Below, one piece after another: positions 20,702 to 30,693 of a DNA stretch of 64,000 nt. Source of the DNA: an uncultured Gammaproteobacteria bacterium (lineage in GTDB: Bacteria > Patescibacteriota > Microgenomatia > Daviesbacterales > UBA10151); assembly GCA_964551605.1 (NCBI GenBank), contig CAZKCV010000001.1, positions 136,898 to 200,897 of the forward strand. Direction: 5' to 3'. A program made the translations under genes and the position numbers. Below the pieces are notes generated by a model. The model had not been told where the DNA came from. It searched no databases and saw only the letters and a program-made list of their open reading frames with translations. Each line of letters begins with the position of its first letter. Position 1 is the first letter of the stretch.

Positions 20702-22786
20702 CTACCGGATTGCAAGTATTGTTTCAGGAGCAACAACTTCTTTCTGATCTCCCTCAGGAACGACTGGCTTGGGTTTGGTCCAGCTGGCAAATTTACAGAC
20801 GGGCCAGTTTTTGCAGCCGTAGAAAGTTTTGCCCCTTTTAGTTCTTCTCACTACAATATCCCCGCCATCCTGGGGACATTTGGCGTTGACCTTTTCTTCC
20901 AAAGATTCCGTATGTTTACATTCCGGAAAACCGGAACAAGCCAGGAACTTCCCGAATCTTCCTACCCTAACAATTAATTCCTTACCGCAGTCGGGGCACT
21001 TTTTACCGGCAAATTGAACTTCCATTTTCACTTTCTGGGCTTCTTTCTTAGTCTGTTCTACCTTTTTCTCAAACGGTTGGTAAAAAGCCGCAATTGTGGG
21101 ACGCCACTGCCTTTCACCCCTGGCTATTTCATCTAATTCATCTTCTAAACTGGCCGTAAAAGTGTAATCTATAATATCAGAAAAATTTGCCATCAAAAAA
21201 TCAATTACCGTCATACCTAAAATAGTAGGTATAAATTTTCTATTTTCTTTTTCTACATAAAACCGCTCCTGAATGGTAGAAATTATCGGGGCATATGTTG
21301 AAGGCCGGCCTATACCCAGCTCTTCCAGCTTTTTAATTAAAGAGGCTTCATTATATCTAGGCGGAGGTTCGGTAAAATGCTGAGACGGTAAAAGCTGCAC
21401 CAAAGCAAGCAACTGACCCTCAGATAAAGTAGGCAAAACTTGCTTTTTTTCCTCCCCTTCTTCCTCCGCCTCTTTTCCGAAGAGCTTAAGCCAACCATCA
21501 AATCGAATCACGCTGCCGGTTGCCCGAAGTAAATATCCGTCATTGCGAGGAGTCTGCGACGAAGCAATCTCTTGATTTTCCGAGGAAGATTGCTTCGCTT
21601 CGCTCGCAATGACGTCGATGGTTGTTTGGTCCATAACCGCCTCATTCATCTGGCACGCCACAAACCTTTTCCAAATCAGATCATATAACCGTACATGGTC
21701 TTTATTGAAATTTCCCTTCCCCCTTAACCCTTCACCCTTTTCCCTTATGTCTGTTACCCGAATCGCCTCATGCGCTTCCTGGGCATTTTTTGATTTAGAC
21801 TTAAAAACCCTGGCAACAGAAGGCAAATAAGTTTTACCGATAAAATTCTCTATGTATGTTCTGACAGCCCCGATTGCCTGAGTTGATAAATTAACGGAAT
21901 CTGTTCTCATATAAGTGATCAGTCCGTGTTCATACAAGGCCTGGGCAAGCATCATGGTCTTTTTGGCTGACATTCCCAATTTATTAGCCCCGGCTTGCTG
22001 CAGGGTTGAAGTTGTAAAAGGCGGGTATGGGTAGCGGCGGACTTCTTTTTGTGTAATTTTGGAGATGTTATACTGAGCCTTTTCCAGATTTTTGACATGC
22101 CCATCCGCTTCTTCCTTATTTTTGATTTCCAGCTTTTTGCCATCTTTTTCTATTAAATTGGCAATGAAACTGTTGCCTGTTGCCTGTTGCCTGTTGCCTT
22201 CCAGCTCTACCTCAATATTCCAATATTCCTCCGGCTTAAAGGCCTTTATCTCCCTTTCCCGTTCCACTATCAGCCTTAAAGCTACTGATTGAACCCGGCC
22301 GGCAGATAAGCCCTTTTTAACCTTTTCCCATAAAAGCGGTGAGAGTTTATAACCCACTAATCTATCTAAAACCCGTCTGGCCTGCTGGGCATCAACCAGT
22401 TTAAGATCAATAGGCCGGGGGTTTTCAAATGCCTCTTTAATGGCATCCTCAGTAATTTCATGAAAAACCACCCGCTTGGTATCTTTAGAATCATTTAATA
22501 CACCGGCTAAATGCCAGGCAATTGCCTCTCCTTCCCGATCAGGGTCTGTGGCTAGCCATAAAGACTCCGCTCTCTCAGCTACCTTCTTTAATTCATTAAC
22601 CCTTTTTTTCTTATCACGGGGAATAATGTATTTAGGATCAAAATTATGCTCAACATCTATTCCAAGCTCGGATTTCGGCAAATCCCGGATATGGCCCATT
22701 GAAGCCTCAATTTGATATTTATCACCCAGAAACTTTTGAAGTGTTTTCGCCTTAGTCGGTGATTCAACAATTACTAAATTCTGCAT
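20702..22786 (-). CDS. topA: DNA topoisomerase I with C-terminal zinc ribbons
   Basis: Toprim N-terminus and multiple C4 zinc ribbons. Carries in-frame repeat insertions. Confidence 0.9.
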   Translation of the reverse strand: MQNLVIVESPTKAKTLQKFLGDKYQIEASMGHIRDLPKSELGIDVEHNFDPKYIIPRDKKKRVNELKKVAERAESLWLATDPDREGEAIAWHLAGVLNDSKDTKRVVFHEITEDAIKEAFENPRPIDLKLVDAQQARRVLDRLVGYKLSPLLWEKVKKGLSAGRVQSVALRLIVEREREIKAFKPEEYWNIEVELEGNRQQATGNSFIANLIEKDGKKLEIKNKEEADGHVKNLEKAQYNISKITQKEVRRYPYPPFTTSTLQQAGANKLGMSAKKTMMLAQALYEHGLITYMRTDSVNLSTQAIGAVRTYIENFIGKTYLPSVARVFKSKSKNAQEAHEAIRVTDIREKGEGLRGKGNFNKDHVRLYDLIWKRFVACQMNEAVMDQTTIDVIASEAKQSSSENQEIASSQTPRNDGYLLRATGSVIRFDGWLKLFGKEAEEEGEEKKQVLPTLSEGQLLALVQLLPSQHFTEPPPRYNEASLIKKLEELGIGRPSTYAPIISTIQERFYVEKENRKFIPTILGMTVIDFLMANFSDIIDYTFTASLEDELDEIARGERQWRPTIAAFYQPFEKKVEQTKKEAQKVKMEVQFAGKKCPDCGKELIVRVGRFGKFLACSGFPECKHTESLEEKVNAKCPQDGGDIVVRRTKRGKTFYGCKNWPVCKFASWTKPKPVVPEGDQKEVVAPETILAIR
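21539..21613. repeat. Family A element in frame inside topA
   Basis: About 75 bp. Encodes VIASEAKQSSSENQEIASSQTPRND. Confidence 0.8.
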
Positions 22787-22832
22787 CTTACTTAATTAAC
22801 TCTCGAATAATTGTAAGGGAGTTGTCAATACA

Positions 22833-23090
22833 TCAAGTTTCAAAATCCTCATCCAGCACCTCCGGGTTAACTGAATCAAGTTCCTTTTGCAAATCAGTGT
22901 TACTGTCATATTTAATCTCTTTTGGTGGATTGAGCCTGGAAGATGGGAAAGGGGAAGTTTGTTGAAGAGAATCTTTTGAGGAAATAGGGCTTATTAAAGG
23001 CAAATGTTTCTGATTAGTGACAAAAAACACCACGATCGTTGTAAAAATTGTCAATACCAATATTATTAAAAAGGTCCTATTGTTTTTCAT
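22833..23090 (-). CDS. Small membrane-anchored hypothetical protein
   Basis: 85 aa, single N-terminal TM. Confidence 0.4.
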   Translation of the reverse strand: MKNNRTFLIILVLTIFTTIVVFFVTNQKHLPLISPISSKDSLQQTSPFPSSRLNPPKEIKYDSNTDLQKELDSVNPEVLDEDFET

Positions 23091-23091
23091 T

Positions 23092-23463
23092 TTATAGCGC
23101 CTTCCCCACTTCTCCTTTAGCTTTCAGGATTTTACCTCTTAGAACTCCTAAGCTACTTCGAAGTTGACTTTCTGATGAAAACTTTTGGGCTCGCTGAAAG
23201 GCCAAGGCTTCTGCCGCAAAAGTTACCTGGTAATCAGCGCTTTTTATCTTTGTGTCCACCCCGCCAAAAGCTACCCTGGTTTCCGTAATCCCTTCTCTCC
23301 TGCGAAGTTCTTCCATAATAGCTGCCAATTTTAAAACATCCCCCTCAAATCGATCACAAACTTTTTGATTGATTTGATCAAGGGAATTTGTTTGCGGAGT
23401 ACTTGCAAAAACAGTCACCGGCAGAAAAACTGCCAGTACCACAAACAGGAGAATCATCTTCAC
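23092..23463 (-). CDS. Secreted hypothetical protein (signal peptide)
   Basis: 123 aa. Signal peptide MKMILLFVVLAVFLPVTVFAS. Confidence 0.45.
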   Translation of the reverse strand: MKMILLFVVLAVFLPVTVFASTPQTNSLDQINQKVCDRFEGDVLKLAAIMEELRRREGITETRVAFGGVDTKIKSADYQVTFAAEALAFQRAQKFSSESQLRSSLGVLRGKILKAKGEVGKAL

Positions 23464-23535
23464 TTCTCTAGCATACCATTTTTCAACTTTCCTGTTCCTA
23501 ATCCGCCTTCTGCCTTTTCGCTCTTCCCTTTCCGT

Positions 23536-26043
23536 TTAGAGTAACTCTACCCCGGCCTTAAACAGATTCCCCTTTGTAAGCTGGTCCTGCAGAATTAACC
23601 TGGAAAGTTTGGCTTCCAGGGTATCCTGCAGCAAACGGCGCATGGGGCGCGCCCCCAGCACCGGATCAAAACCCTTTTTGGCAAATTCTGCCACCAGCTT
23701 TGGATCAAATTCCACCAAATACCCTTTTTCTTTCATCTGTTTTTGTAAACCCGCCAATTTAATGGTAACTATCTTTTGCAGGTCTTCCGAAGACAGCGGC
23801 TTAAACAATATGACATCATCAAACCTGTTGATTAGTTCCGGCTTGAAAATTTTCAGCAGCTCATCATTTACCTGTTTATCTATTGCTGCCAAATTCTTCC
23901 CGGATTCCAAGCCCTCAGCAATGCTCAAACTGGCAGCATTGGAAGTAGCTATTATAATGGTATTGGTAAAATCCACTGTCCGGCCGCTTGAATCCGTTAA
24001 CCTGCCGTCTTCCAACACCTGTAAAAATAAAGTTAAAATTTTCTGATCGGCTTTCTCAAACTCATCTAAGAGCAAAAGCGCGTAAGGACGTTGCCGGACA
24101 GCTTCTGTTAGCTGACCTTCCTGTCCCAACCCGCCGATCAACCGATTCACTGATTCACTGTTTTGGTATTCAGACATGTCAAACCTGATAAATGCCCCTG
24201 CTCCCTTAAAGTAGATATCCGACAGTATTTTAGCCAGTTCTGTTTTACCCACTCCGGTAGGACCAATAAACAAAAATGATCCGATCGGCCTGGCCTCTTC
24301 CCGAAGTCCGGTGGCACTGCGTCTGAGGGCATCTGCCACTGCCTTGACCGCCTGCTCCTGATCTATCAATCTCTGATGTATCTCTTTTTCTAAGTTTAGT
24401 AGTTTGCTTTTGTCGGTATTGCCGACCTCCATTAAAGGAACCTTGACCCGCTGAGAGATAATCCTTCTGATTACTTCTTTAGTTACCCAACCATTCACGG
24501 ATCCGGTATATGATTCATTTAAGATACTGATCGCAGAATCGGGTAAAACCCGATCATGGATCAGCTTTTGCGCTAAAGCAACTGTTGTCTTCAAAGCAAT
24601 AAAGGTAACTTTGACTTTTTCTTTTCTTTCTGACTCTATGGCTTTATCTTCCAGGATAGTAAGGGTATTTTCCGGGGTAGCCGGAGGGATCTCTACCTTA
24701 ATAAATAACCTGGCCAGCGCCCCGTTTTTTTCCAAGGTCCGGTTGTAATTTTCAATTTCGGTCGTGGCAATAAATTGGAATCTTTCAGATTCTAGATACG
24801 GCAACATCAAGGAATAGATATTCAAACTGCTTCCGGCTTCACCCTCTCCCAAGGTCTGAATTTCCTCAACCGCAATAATAACATTGCCCGTAGCCTCAAC
24901 CTCTTCAAAAACTGTCTTAATACGGTCTGCCAACTCCCCTTGTGTCCTTATGCCTGAGAGGAGTCTGGTAGGTTCTAAAATAACCAGCCTTTTGGTAGCT
25001 AAACTTTCCGGAGCATCGCCTGTGACGATTTGCTTTGCCAGAAATCGAAGCAGAGCTGTTTTACCGGAACCGGGCGGACCAACCAGGATGACATTTTTGT
25101 TTCCTGGTTGAGAAAGCACAGAGATAATCTGCTCTAACAAAGCAGTGCCACCAATAAAGTCAGAAAAACCTACCATAGCAGCAGTTTTTGTTAGATCTTC
25201 CGCTACAATATCTAAAGTTGGTGTAGGCACCCCCAGCCAGCCCCTGTTTACTCCTTTCAAGTGGCGGACTGAAAAGTCATCATCCCAGATATAAATTCTC
25301 CTCCAGATATTTCTTTTCTTTTCCAGATAAAACAATGCCTCCTTAAAATCATCCGTAGTTAATTCAAATTTGGCTAAATATTGATCTATATGAGGCACTG
25401 CCGGTAAGGCGGCAACAAAAAAATGGGCCGGGCTTAAATACTCACTCCCGCAAAACTTACCCAGCTCCCATGCCTCTTTAATTAATGCTTCTTTATCAGT
25501 AATTTCAAATACAGGAAAACCGCTTAGCTGAATCTCTAAATTGGCCAGTAGTGAAATTACTTCCCGGGATTCCAAGATTTTCATGAAGATTAATTCCTCC
25601 GGCTTGATTAACGAAGCATGCCATATAGCCGCCGGATTTTTACTGATTTGCCATAGTTTTTTATGGGGGTTAAAAAATATTTCCAAAAAGAATAAACCAA
25701 TGCCGCTAAATAATAATATTCTGCTAAAAAATTGTGGTAAATCCAAAAAAGCCAGAGCAGGTAGCGCAAACCAGAATAATGCCAATAAAAACAAGACTAA
25801 AGTTACCATCAAAAAGGCAAACAGTCCCATTACAATACGGCTTAAGCGGAAAATTAAACTTAAAGCCCTGCCGACAATTGTAGAATCATGAAAAAGCGGG
25901 GTAAAAAGCAACTTCCACATAAGTCCTACTGCTAAATCTTCCTCCAGCAGCAAAATCAAATTCTTCCAGGACCTGATAAAAAAACCTATTGCTTCCGGAT
26001 ACCAGAATTTTAATAAGCTAATTGGCAATGTTAGATACTTCAT
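23536..26043 (-). CDS. Membrane-anchored ClpC-like double AAA+ ATPase
   Basis: About 130-aa N-terminal multi-TM region, a Clp_N-like repeat, D1 (GPPGSGKT with Walker B VEEIQ) and canonical D2 (GPTGVGKT, LLLDEFEKA, ATSN, GARPMRR). Confidence 0.75.
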   Translation of the reverse strand: MKYLTLPISLLKFWYPEAIGFFIRSWKNLILLLEEDLAVGLMWKLLFTPLFHDSTIVGRALSLIFRLSRIVMGLFAFLMVTLVLFLLALFWFALPALAFLDLPQFFSRILLFSGIGLFFLEIFFNPHKKLWQISKNPAAIWHASLIKPEELIFMKILESREVISLLANLEIQLSGFPVFEITDKEALIKEAWELGKFCGSEYLSPAHFFVAALPAVPHIDQYLAKFELTTDDFKEALFYLEKKRNIWRRIYIWDDDFSVRHLKGVNRGWLGVPTPTLDIVAEDLTKTAAMVGFSDFIGGTALLEQIISVLSQPGNKNVILVGPPGSGKTALLRFLAKQIVTGDAPESLATKRLVILEPTRLLSGIRTQGELADRIKTVFEEVEATGNVIIAVEEIQTLGEGEAGSSLNIYSLMLPYLESERFQFIATTEIENYNRTLEKNGALARLFIKVEIPPATPENTLTILEDKAIESERKEKVKVTFIALKTTVALAQKLIHDRVLPDSAISILNESYTGSVNGWVTKEVIRRIISQRVKVPLMEVGNTDKSKLLNLEKEIHQRLIDQEQAVKAVADALRRSATGLREEARPIGSFLFIGPTGVGKTELAKILSDIYFKGAGAFIRFDMSEYQNSESVNRLIGGLGQEGQLTEAVRQRPYALLLLDEFEKADQKILTLFLQVLEDGRLTDSSGRTVDFTNTIIIATSNAASLSIAEGLESGKNLAAIDKQVNDELLKIFKPELINRFDDVILFKPLSSEDLQKIVTIKLAGLQKQMKEKGYLVEFDPKLVAEFAKKGFDPVLGARPMRRLLQDTLEAKLSRLILQDQLTKGNLFKAGVELL

Positions 26044-26408
26044 TTTGCTCTTATCAAATTTCCTTCAGGATCCAATTCAACAAAATGTTCGGCTCTTCCT
26101 TCCCGGTATGCAGGACACTGATTTTCCGGCAGGTCATCGGTGGGTAAACGAGGACTGTGGGCAATATCGGCCACCCACCCCGGCATTAAAGCATCCGAGA
26201 GACAGGGGCCAACTGAGAAATCTTCACCCCGATCTCTTCTCTGACGGTAAACATGTTGAGCCTGATTAACAGCCGTATCTATCTCGCCTTTAGGGGTGGT
26301 TTTCAGGGCAGTATTATTTAGAATTAGTGTGAAAACAGCAGTAATAATTATTACAGTTAAGGCAATAATAAGCAGGATTAATTTAGGCATAGTTATTACT
26401 AAGCTCAC
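26040..26408 (-). CDS. Small TM-anchored hypothetical protein (GC-rich)
   Basis: 122 aa with N-terminal TM. ATGA overlap with the Clp-like gene. Confidence 0.45.
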   Translation of the reverse strand: MSLVITMPKLILLIIALTVIIITAVFTLILNNTALKTTPKGEIDTAVNQAQHVYRQRRDRGEDFSVGPCLSDALMPGWVADIAHSPRLPTDDLPENQCPAYREGRAEHFVELDPEGNLIRAK

Positions 26409-27487
26409 TTCTTGCAGTATATCCCAGCTCCCAAGCTCTCCACAAGTCCTGAAATCTCCATTTTTAACAAGAGGGCGGAAATTTTTGGGGAAGGAAATTT
26501 GAGTTCCCTGCCAATCTCGTCAATATGCCGGTTTTCATTCTCTAATGCAGCTAAAACTTTTCTCTCCTCTTCCGAAAGATCTCTTTCGTTCTTGACTCTA
26601 GACTCCAGACTCTTGATTCTATTAATTCCCAGCTCCTCCAAAATTTCATCCGGGCTAAAGACGGCTCTGGCCCCTGCTTTAATTAAATCAATCGGGCCTT
26701 TTGATAAATGTGAAGTAATTGGACCGGGGACGGCAAACACTTCGCGCCCCTGCTCCAAGGCTAACCTAGCAGTAATAAGCGAGCCGGAATCCTCTGCTGC
26801 TTCGATTACTAACACGCCCTGCGATAAACCGGAAATAATCCTGTTCCTGGCCGGAAAGTTACCCGGCAAGGATGGGTAATCCGGTGGAAACTCGGAAATA
26901 ACTGCACCGAAACCCTCCGCAATTTTTGCGGCTAGATTGCGGTTTTCCGGAGGAAAAACATTATTTAAGCCTCCACCCAAAACGGCAATTGTCTGCCCTT
27001 GTTGAGCAACAGCTGTGGCGTGGGCTTTGGCATCTACCCCGCGGGCCAGTCCTGAAACTATAGTCAAACCCGCTTCTACCAACCCTCTGGTAAATTGCTC
27101 CGTGGCCACCCTGCCGTAACCGGTTATTTTCCTGGTTCCCACCACCCCGATCGCTTTTTTATCCCAATCCGGTTCGCCTCTATAAAAAATTACCACCGGT
27201 GGATCATAAATTTGGGCCAATAATTTTGGGTAACTCTTATCAAAAATGGTTACCCACTTGATTCCGCTATCAGCAATCTTCTCGGCATAACTTTCCGGCT
27301 CCAACTTCCTCCGTGTTTCCACCAGCAAATTGACTGTGTTCCTGAAAATCCCCAACTTCAGTAACTCCTCCCCATTAGCTTCCCAAGCCAACTTGGGGTC
27401 TTTGAAATATTCTAGAACTGCCCGGAGCCTAATCGGCCCTAAACCATTAATAGAGTGCAAAGCTAAAAGGTATGGAATATTATTCAT
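26405..27487 (-). CDS. dprA: DNA processing protein DprA/Smf
   Basis: GLARGVDAKAH..., GGGLNNVFPPEN and NFPARNRIISGLS Rossmann-like motifs. Confidence 0.85.
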   Translation of the reverse strand: MNNIPYLLALHSINGLGPIRLRAVLEYFKDPKLAWEANGEELLKLGIFRNTVNLLVETRRKLEPESYAEKIADSGIKWVTIFDKSYPKLLAQIYDPPVVIFYRGEPDWDKKAIGVVGTRKITGYGRVATEQFTRGLVEAGLTIVSGLARGVDAKAHATAVAQQGQTIAVLGGGLNNVFPPENRNLAAKIAEGFGAVISEFPPDYPSLPGNFPARNRIISGLSQGVLVIEAAEDSGSLITARLALEQGREVFAVPGPITSHLSKGPIDLIKAGARAVFSPDEILEELGINRIKSLESRVKNERDLSEEERKVLAALENENRHIDEIGRELKFPSPKISALLLKMEISGLVESLGAGIYCKK

Positions 27488-27513
27488 AAACTATTCATAA
27501 ATACCAATCATAT

Positions 27514-29385
27514 TTATTCTCCTAAGCTTTTTCCAGACTCTGTAGCTTGAGTATAAGCAGAGCTTGCGGCTTCGCCTAAAACATCCTTTATTAAATTACT
27601 TTTATCAGGAGAAAAATAGTAGCGGTAAGCTTCCTTGGCAATCGGGGCTGCCACTGAAGAACCTTCTCCTCCGCCTTCTATTAAAATAGTCAGGACAATT
27701 TTAGGATCATCAACCGGGGCATATGAGGTATACCAGGCATGAGTACGGTTTTTCGGATCACCAAACTCAGCCGTACCGGTTTTGCCGGCTGTCTGAATAG
27801 GAAAAGTAAAAAACGGCCAGGCTGTCCCGCCCTCCTTCGGTACCAGGATCAATCCCTTTTTCACCAGCCCAACCTTTTCTTTTGAGATCAAATATCCAAC
27901 AAGCACTTGTTGCTTTTCTGAAAGCAATAGTTGTGGTTTATATAAAATGCCGTCCGTGGCAATATAACTGGTAATCCCCAAAATCTGCAAAGGCGTAGTC
28001 AAAACAAACCCCTGGCCTATTGCCATGTGAAGAGTATCTCCCGGATACCAGGGCAGGTCATAAGTTTTTTGTTTCCAAGCATCATCCGGCACCAACCCTT
28101 CAACTTCACCGGGCAAATCAATGTTAAGCTTGGAGCCTAAGAATAATTTCCTTGACCATTCAGTTAATGATTGTTCCCCGATCAACCGGGCAACTTCATA
28201 AAAATAAATGTCATTCGAGCGCTGCAGCGCCTTTACCAAATTTACCGCACCCTCTGTCTTACCATACTGGTTAAAGTACCAATTACTGAATTTATACGGC
28301 CCCAAGTACAATACTCCGTTATCCTGAAAGGTAGTCTTTTCGCTGACTTTTCCGGAGTTGAGTGCAGCCAGGGATGAAATAATTTTATAGGTGGAACCGG
28401 GCGGGTAAGTGCCTCCGATCACCCGGTTGAGAACCGGGGCAGCAGGATTTAGGAAAATTTCACTAATAGCCCGGTCATCAGGGTTTTTAGTAAATATATT
28501 AGGGTCAAAAGAAGGCAGGGATAAAAGTGCCAAAATTTTTCCGTTACCCGGATCTGCGGCCACAGCCGCCCCGCAGCAGCTGTTGGTTTTTTGTAAGGCC
28601 TCTTTCATTAAATCAAAAAGCCGCTCCTGTAGGGCTGCATCCGTAGATAAGTAAACATTTTGTCCGGGTATTGGCGGTTTCATCCGCAAGGTCCGGATTT
28701 TGCGGCCTAAAGAATCTACCTCAATAATTTCCCCGCCATCTATTCCGCGTAAAGTTTTTTCATATTCGGCCTCTATCCCCATCTGTCCCACCTGATCTCC
28801 CTGGCGGTAACCCTGATATTCTTTATTCTTTAATTGTGTTTCCGAAATCTCCCCCAAGAAACCAATCACGTGGGCAAATTTTTCTCCCAGCGGATAGTCT
28901 CGGACATTATCAACCTCCAGGCTTTGAGCCCGGGGATCTTTTTTGACCTCCCATTCCATAGCTTCTTCTCTGGTTACCAACCTGACTTTATGTCCGGCAG
29001 ATGCCGGATCAGTAAAACGAAAAGCCGGTGAGTTGGCTGCCAGGATTTTGCCGTTACGGTCAAAGATCACCCCCCGGGGAGCGTGAATAGTTTTGACTTG
29101 AATCCGGTTGCCATCTGCCAAATTCCTGTTTTCGCTGCCCCGGACAATTTGTAGGTGAAAAAGCCGCACAAAGATAACAAAAAAAGATACTAAACAAGCA
29201 ATGAAGAAAAATATTATCCTCCAGGTGTTTTCATCCAGTTTGTGTTCTTTTTCCGGATGGAAATTCGGTAACAAAAAATCAATCCAGTCAGCGGATGGTA
29301 CGTTTTGAAAATGTCCGGCTTTAGCCGTCACTTTTGCTATTTCTTCAGAAAAACCAGGGCCTAAATTTCGTTTTCTGCGGACCAT
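27514..29385 (-). CDS. mrdA: Penicillin-binding protein 2 (elongasome transpeptidase)
   Basis: N-terminal TM. STYK (SxxK) and GKTGTAE (KTG) motifs. Directly downstream of mreCD. Confidence 0.85.
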   Translation of the reverse strand: MVRRKRNLGPGFSEEIAKVTAKAGHFQNVPSADWIDFLLPNFHPEKEHKLDENTWRIIFFFIACLVSFFVIFVRLFHLQIVRGSENRNLADGNRIQVKTIHAPRGVIFDRNGKILAANSPAFRFTDPASAGHKVRLVTREEAMEWEVKKDPRAQSLEVDNVRDYPLGEKFAHVIGFLGEISETQLKNKEYQGYRQGDQVGQMGIEAEYEKTLRGIDGGEIIEVDSLGRKIRTLRMKPPIPGQNVYLSTDAALQERLFDLMKEALQKTNSCCGAAVAADPGNGKILALLSLPSFDPNIFTKNPDDRAISEIFLNPAAPVLNRVIGGTYPPGSTYKIISSLAALNSGKVSEKTTFQDNGVLYLGPYKFSNWYFNQYGKTEGAVNLVKALQRSNDIYFYEVARLIGEQSLTEWSRKLFLGSKLNIDLPGEVEGLVPDDAWKQKTYDLPWYPGDTLHMAIGQGFVLTTPLQILGITSYIATDGILYKPQLLLSEKQQVLVGYLISKEKVGLVKKGLILVPKEGGTAWPFFTFPIQTAGKTGTAEFGDPKNRTHAWYTSYAPVDDPKIVLTILIEGGGEGSSVAAPIAKEAYRYYFSPDKSNLIKDVLGEAASSAYTQATESGKSLGE

Positions 29386-29400
29386 AAATTGAATTTGTAA

Positions 29401-29844
29401 TTAAAGTTTTAATTTGATCTCTTTTTGAATAATGAATCTTTCCTCCCAAAGCCTGACCAGAAAAAGTATGGGCAAAGACAATAAAGAAGCTAGAATGAGC
29501 TTGGTGATTTCAAAGATACCCTGATTTGTAACGGAGTTGGCTAATTGATTCAGAGAAAGAAAAATGAAACTCATCGGTATTATAAGTAAGGGATTGCCGG
29601 CTAATCGGATTTTAGACAAGCTCTCTGTTGCCTGGATAAAAAGCAGATAAAGCAAACTTTGTAGTCCTAAGGGGCTTAGGTTAAGGTGTGAAGTCAGCAG
29701 CCCAAATCCAAAGGCTAAATAAAGATTTGTTCTATCTGACCGGATATAGGCCCGGCAAATTAAGATTAACAGCACAAGATCTACAGGCAAAATGGTAGTC
29801 TGCAGAAATGATGCAATGATTAAGATAATGATTAAAGTTTTCAT
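29401..29844 (-). CDS. mreD: Rod shape-determining protein MreD
   Basis: 147 aa polytopic membrane protein between mreC and PBP2. Confidence 0.6.
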   Translation of the reverse strand: MKTLIIILIIASFLQTTILPVDLVLLILICRAYIRSDRTNLYLAFGFGLLTSHLNLSPLGLQSLLYLLFIQATESLSKIRLAGNPLLIIPMSFIFLSLNQLANSVTNQGIFEITKLILASLLSLPILFLVRLWEERFIIQKEIKLKL

Positions 29845-29846
29845 AA

Positions 29847-30635
29847 TTATTCCCCAATTACAAATACTAATTCCAAATCTCTGATATCAAAAACCGGCTG
29901 AACTTTAGCTTGTTTAAATACTTCATTGGTCCGCTCCAGTATTTTTGTCACCCGGCCCAAAATTAAACCTCTGGGCAAAAATCCCTCCAAGCCTTCTGAA
30001 TAGACTAGATCCCCTTCGCTAATTTTTTCTTCATGTAAGATTTTATCCATTAGAATTTCCGTCCCAAACTGTCCTAGCAGGACTCCTTTTGCCTTGCCTT
30101 CCTTATTGACTGAAAATGCTGCTATTTTTGAATTGGGATCAGCCAAAAGCTCTATATTGGAAGCAACAGGGGTAACGGCAATTATCTTACCTATAAAATT
30201 ATCTTCAAAGATTACGGCCTGGCCGACTCTAATATTAGAATTTAGACCCTTGTCAATTTTTAAATGCCTGCCTAACCCAATCGGCCGGGCCGGTAAAAGG
30301 TTATAAGTATCCGGATCGAGGTGTTTTTCCTGGGAAACCAAAGCCTGTGTTTCTCCCAAGCTTTTCCGCAGTTCTGCGTTTTCCGAAAGCAGCTTTCCGA
30401 TTTGCTCTTTTAAGGCTTTATTTTCCTGAGCTGCAAACCGGGCCTGAAATATAAAATGAAATTGCTTGCCGATATTTCTGTTAGTATTATAGATCCCAAA
30501 AGAAACAGGATTGGTAATAAAATAAAGTAGCTGCTTTGGTAAATTTAACAGTTTAATCGTGTCCAAAAATAAGACCAGTAAACTAAAAACACCTAGAATT
30601 AAAAATATTTTAATGCCGGGGATAACTTTTGTCAC
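29847..30635 (-). CDS. mreC: Rod shape-determining protein MreC
   Basis: N-terminal TM, coiled coil, beta domain, and operon position. Confidence 0.75.
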   Translation of the reverse strand: MTKVIPGIKIFLILGVFSLLVLFLDTIKLLNLPKQLLYFITNPVSFGIYNTNRNIGKQFHFIFQARFAAQENKALKEQIGKLLSENAELRKSLGETQALVSQEKHLDPDTYNLLPARPIGLGRHLKIDKGLNSNIRVGQAVIFEDNFIGKIIAVTPVASNIELLADPNSKIAAFSVNKEGKAKGVLLGQFGTEILMDKILHEEKISEGDLVYSEGLEGFLPRGLILGRVTKILERTNEVFKQAKVQPVFDIRDLELVFVIGE

Positions 30636-30693
30636 TGCCGATCAATATACCATAGCTTGTTTAAGCAAACAAACCTTTATATAATAAAGCGAC

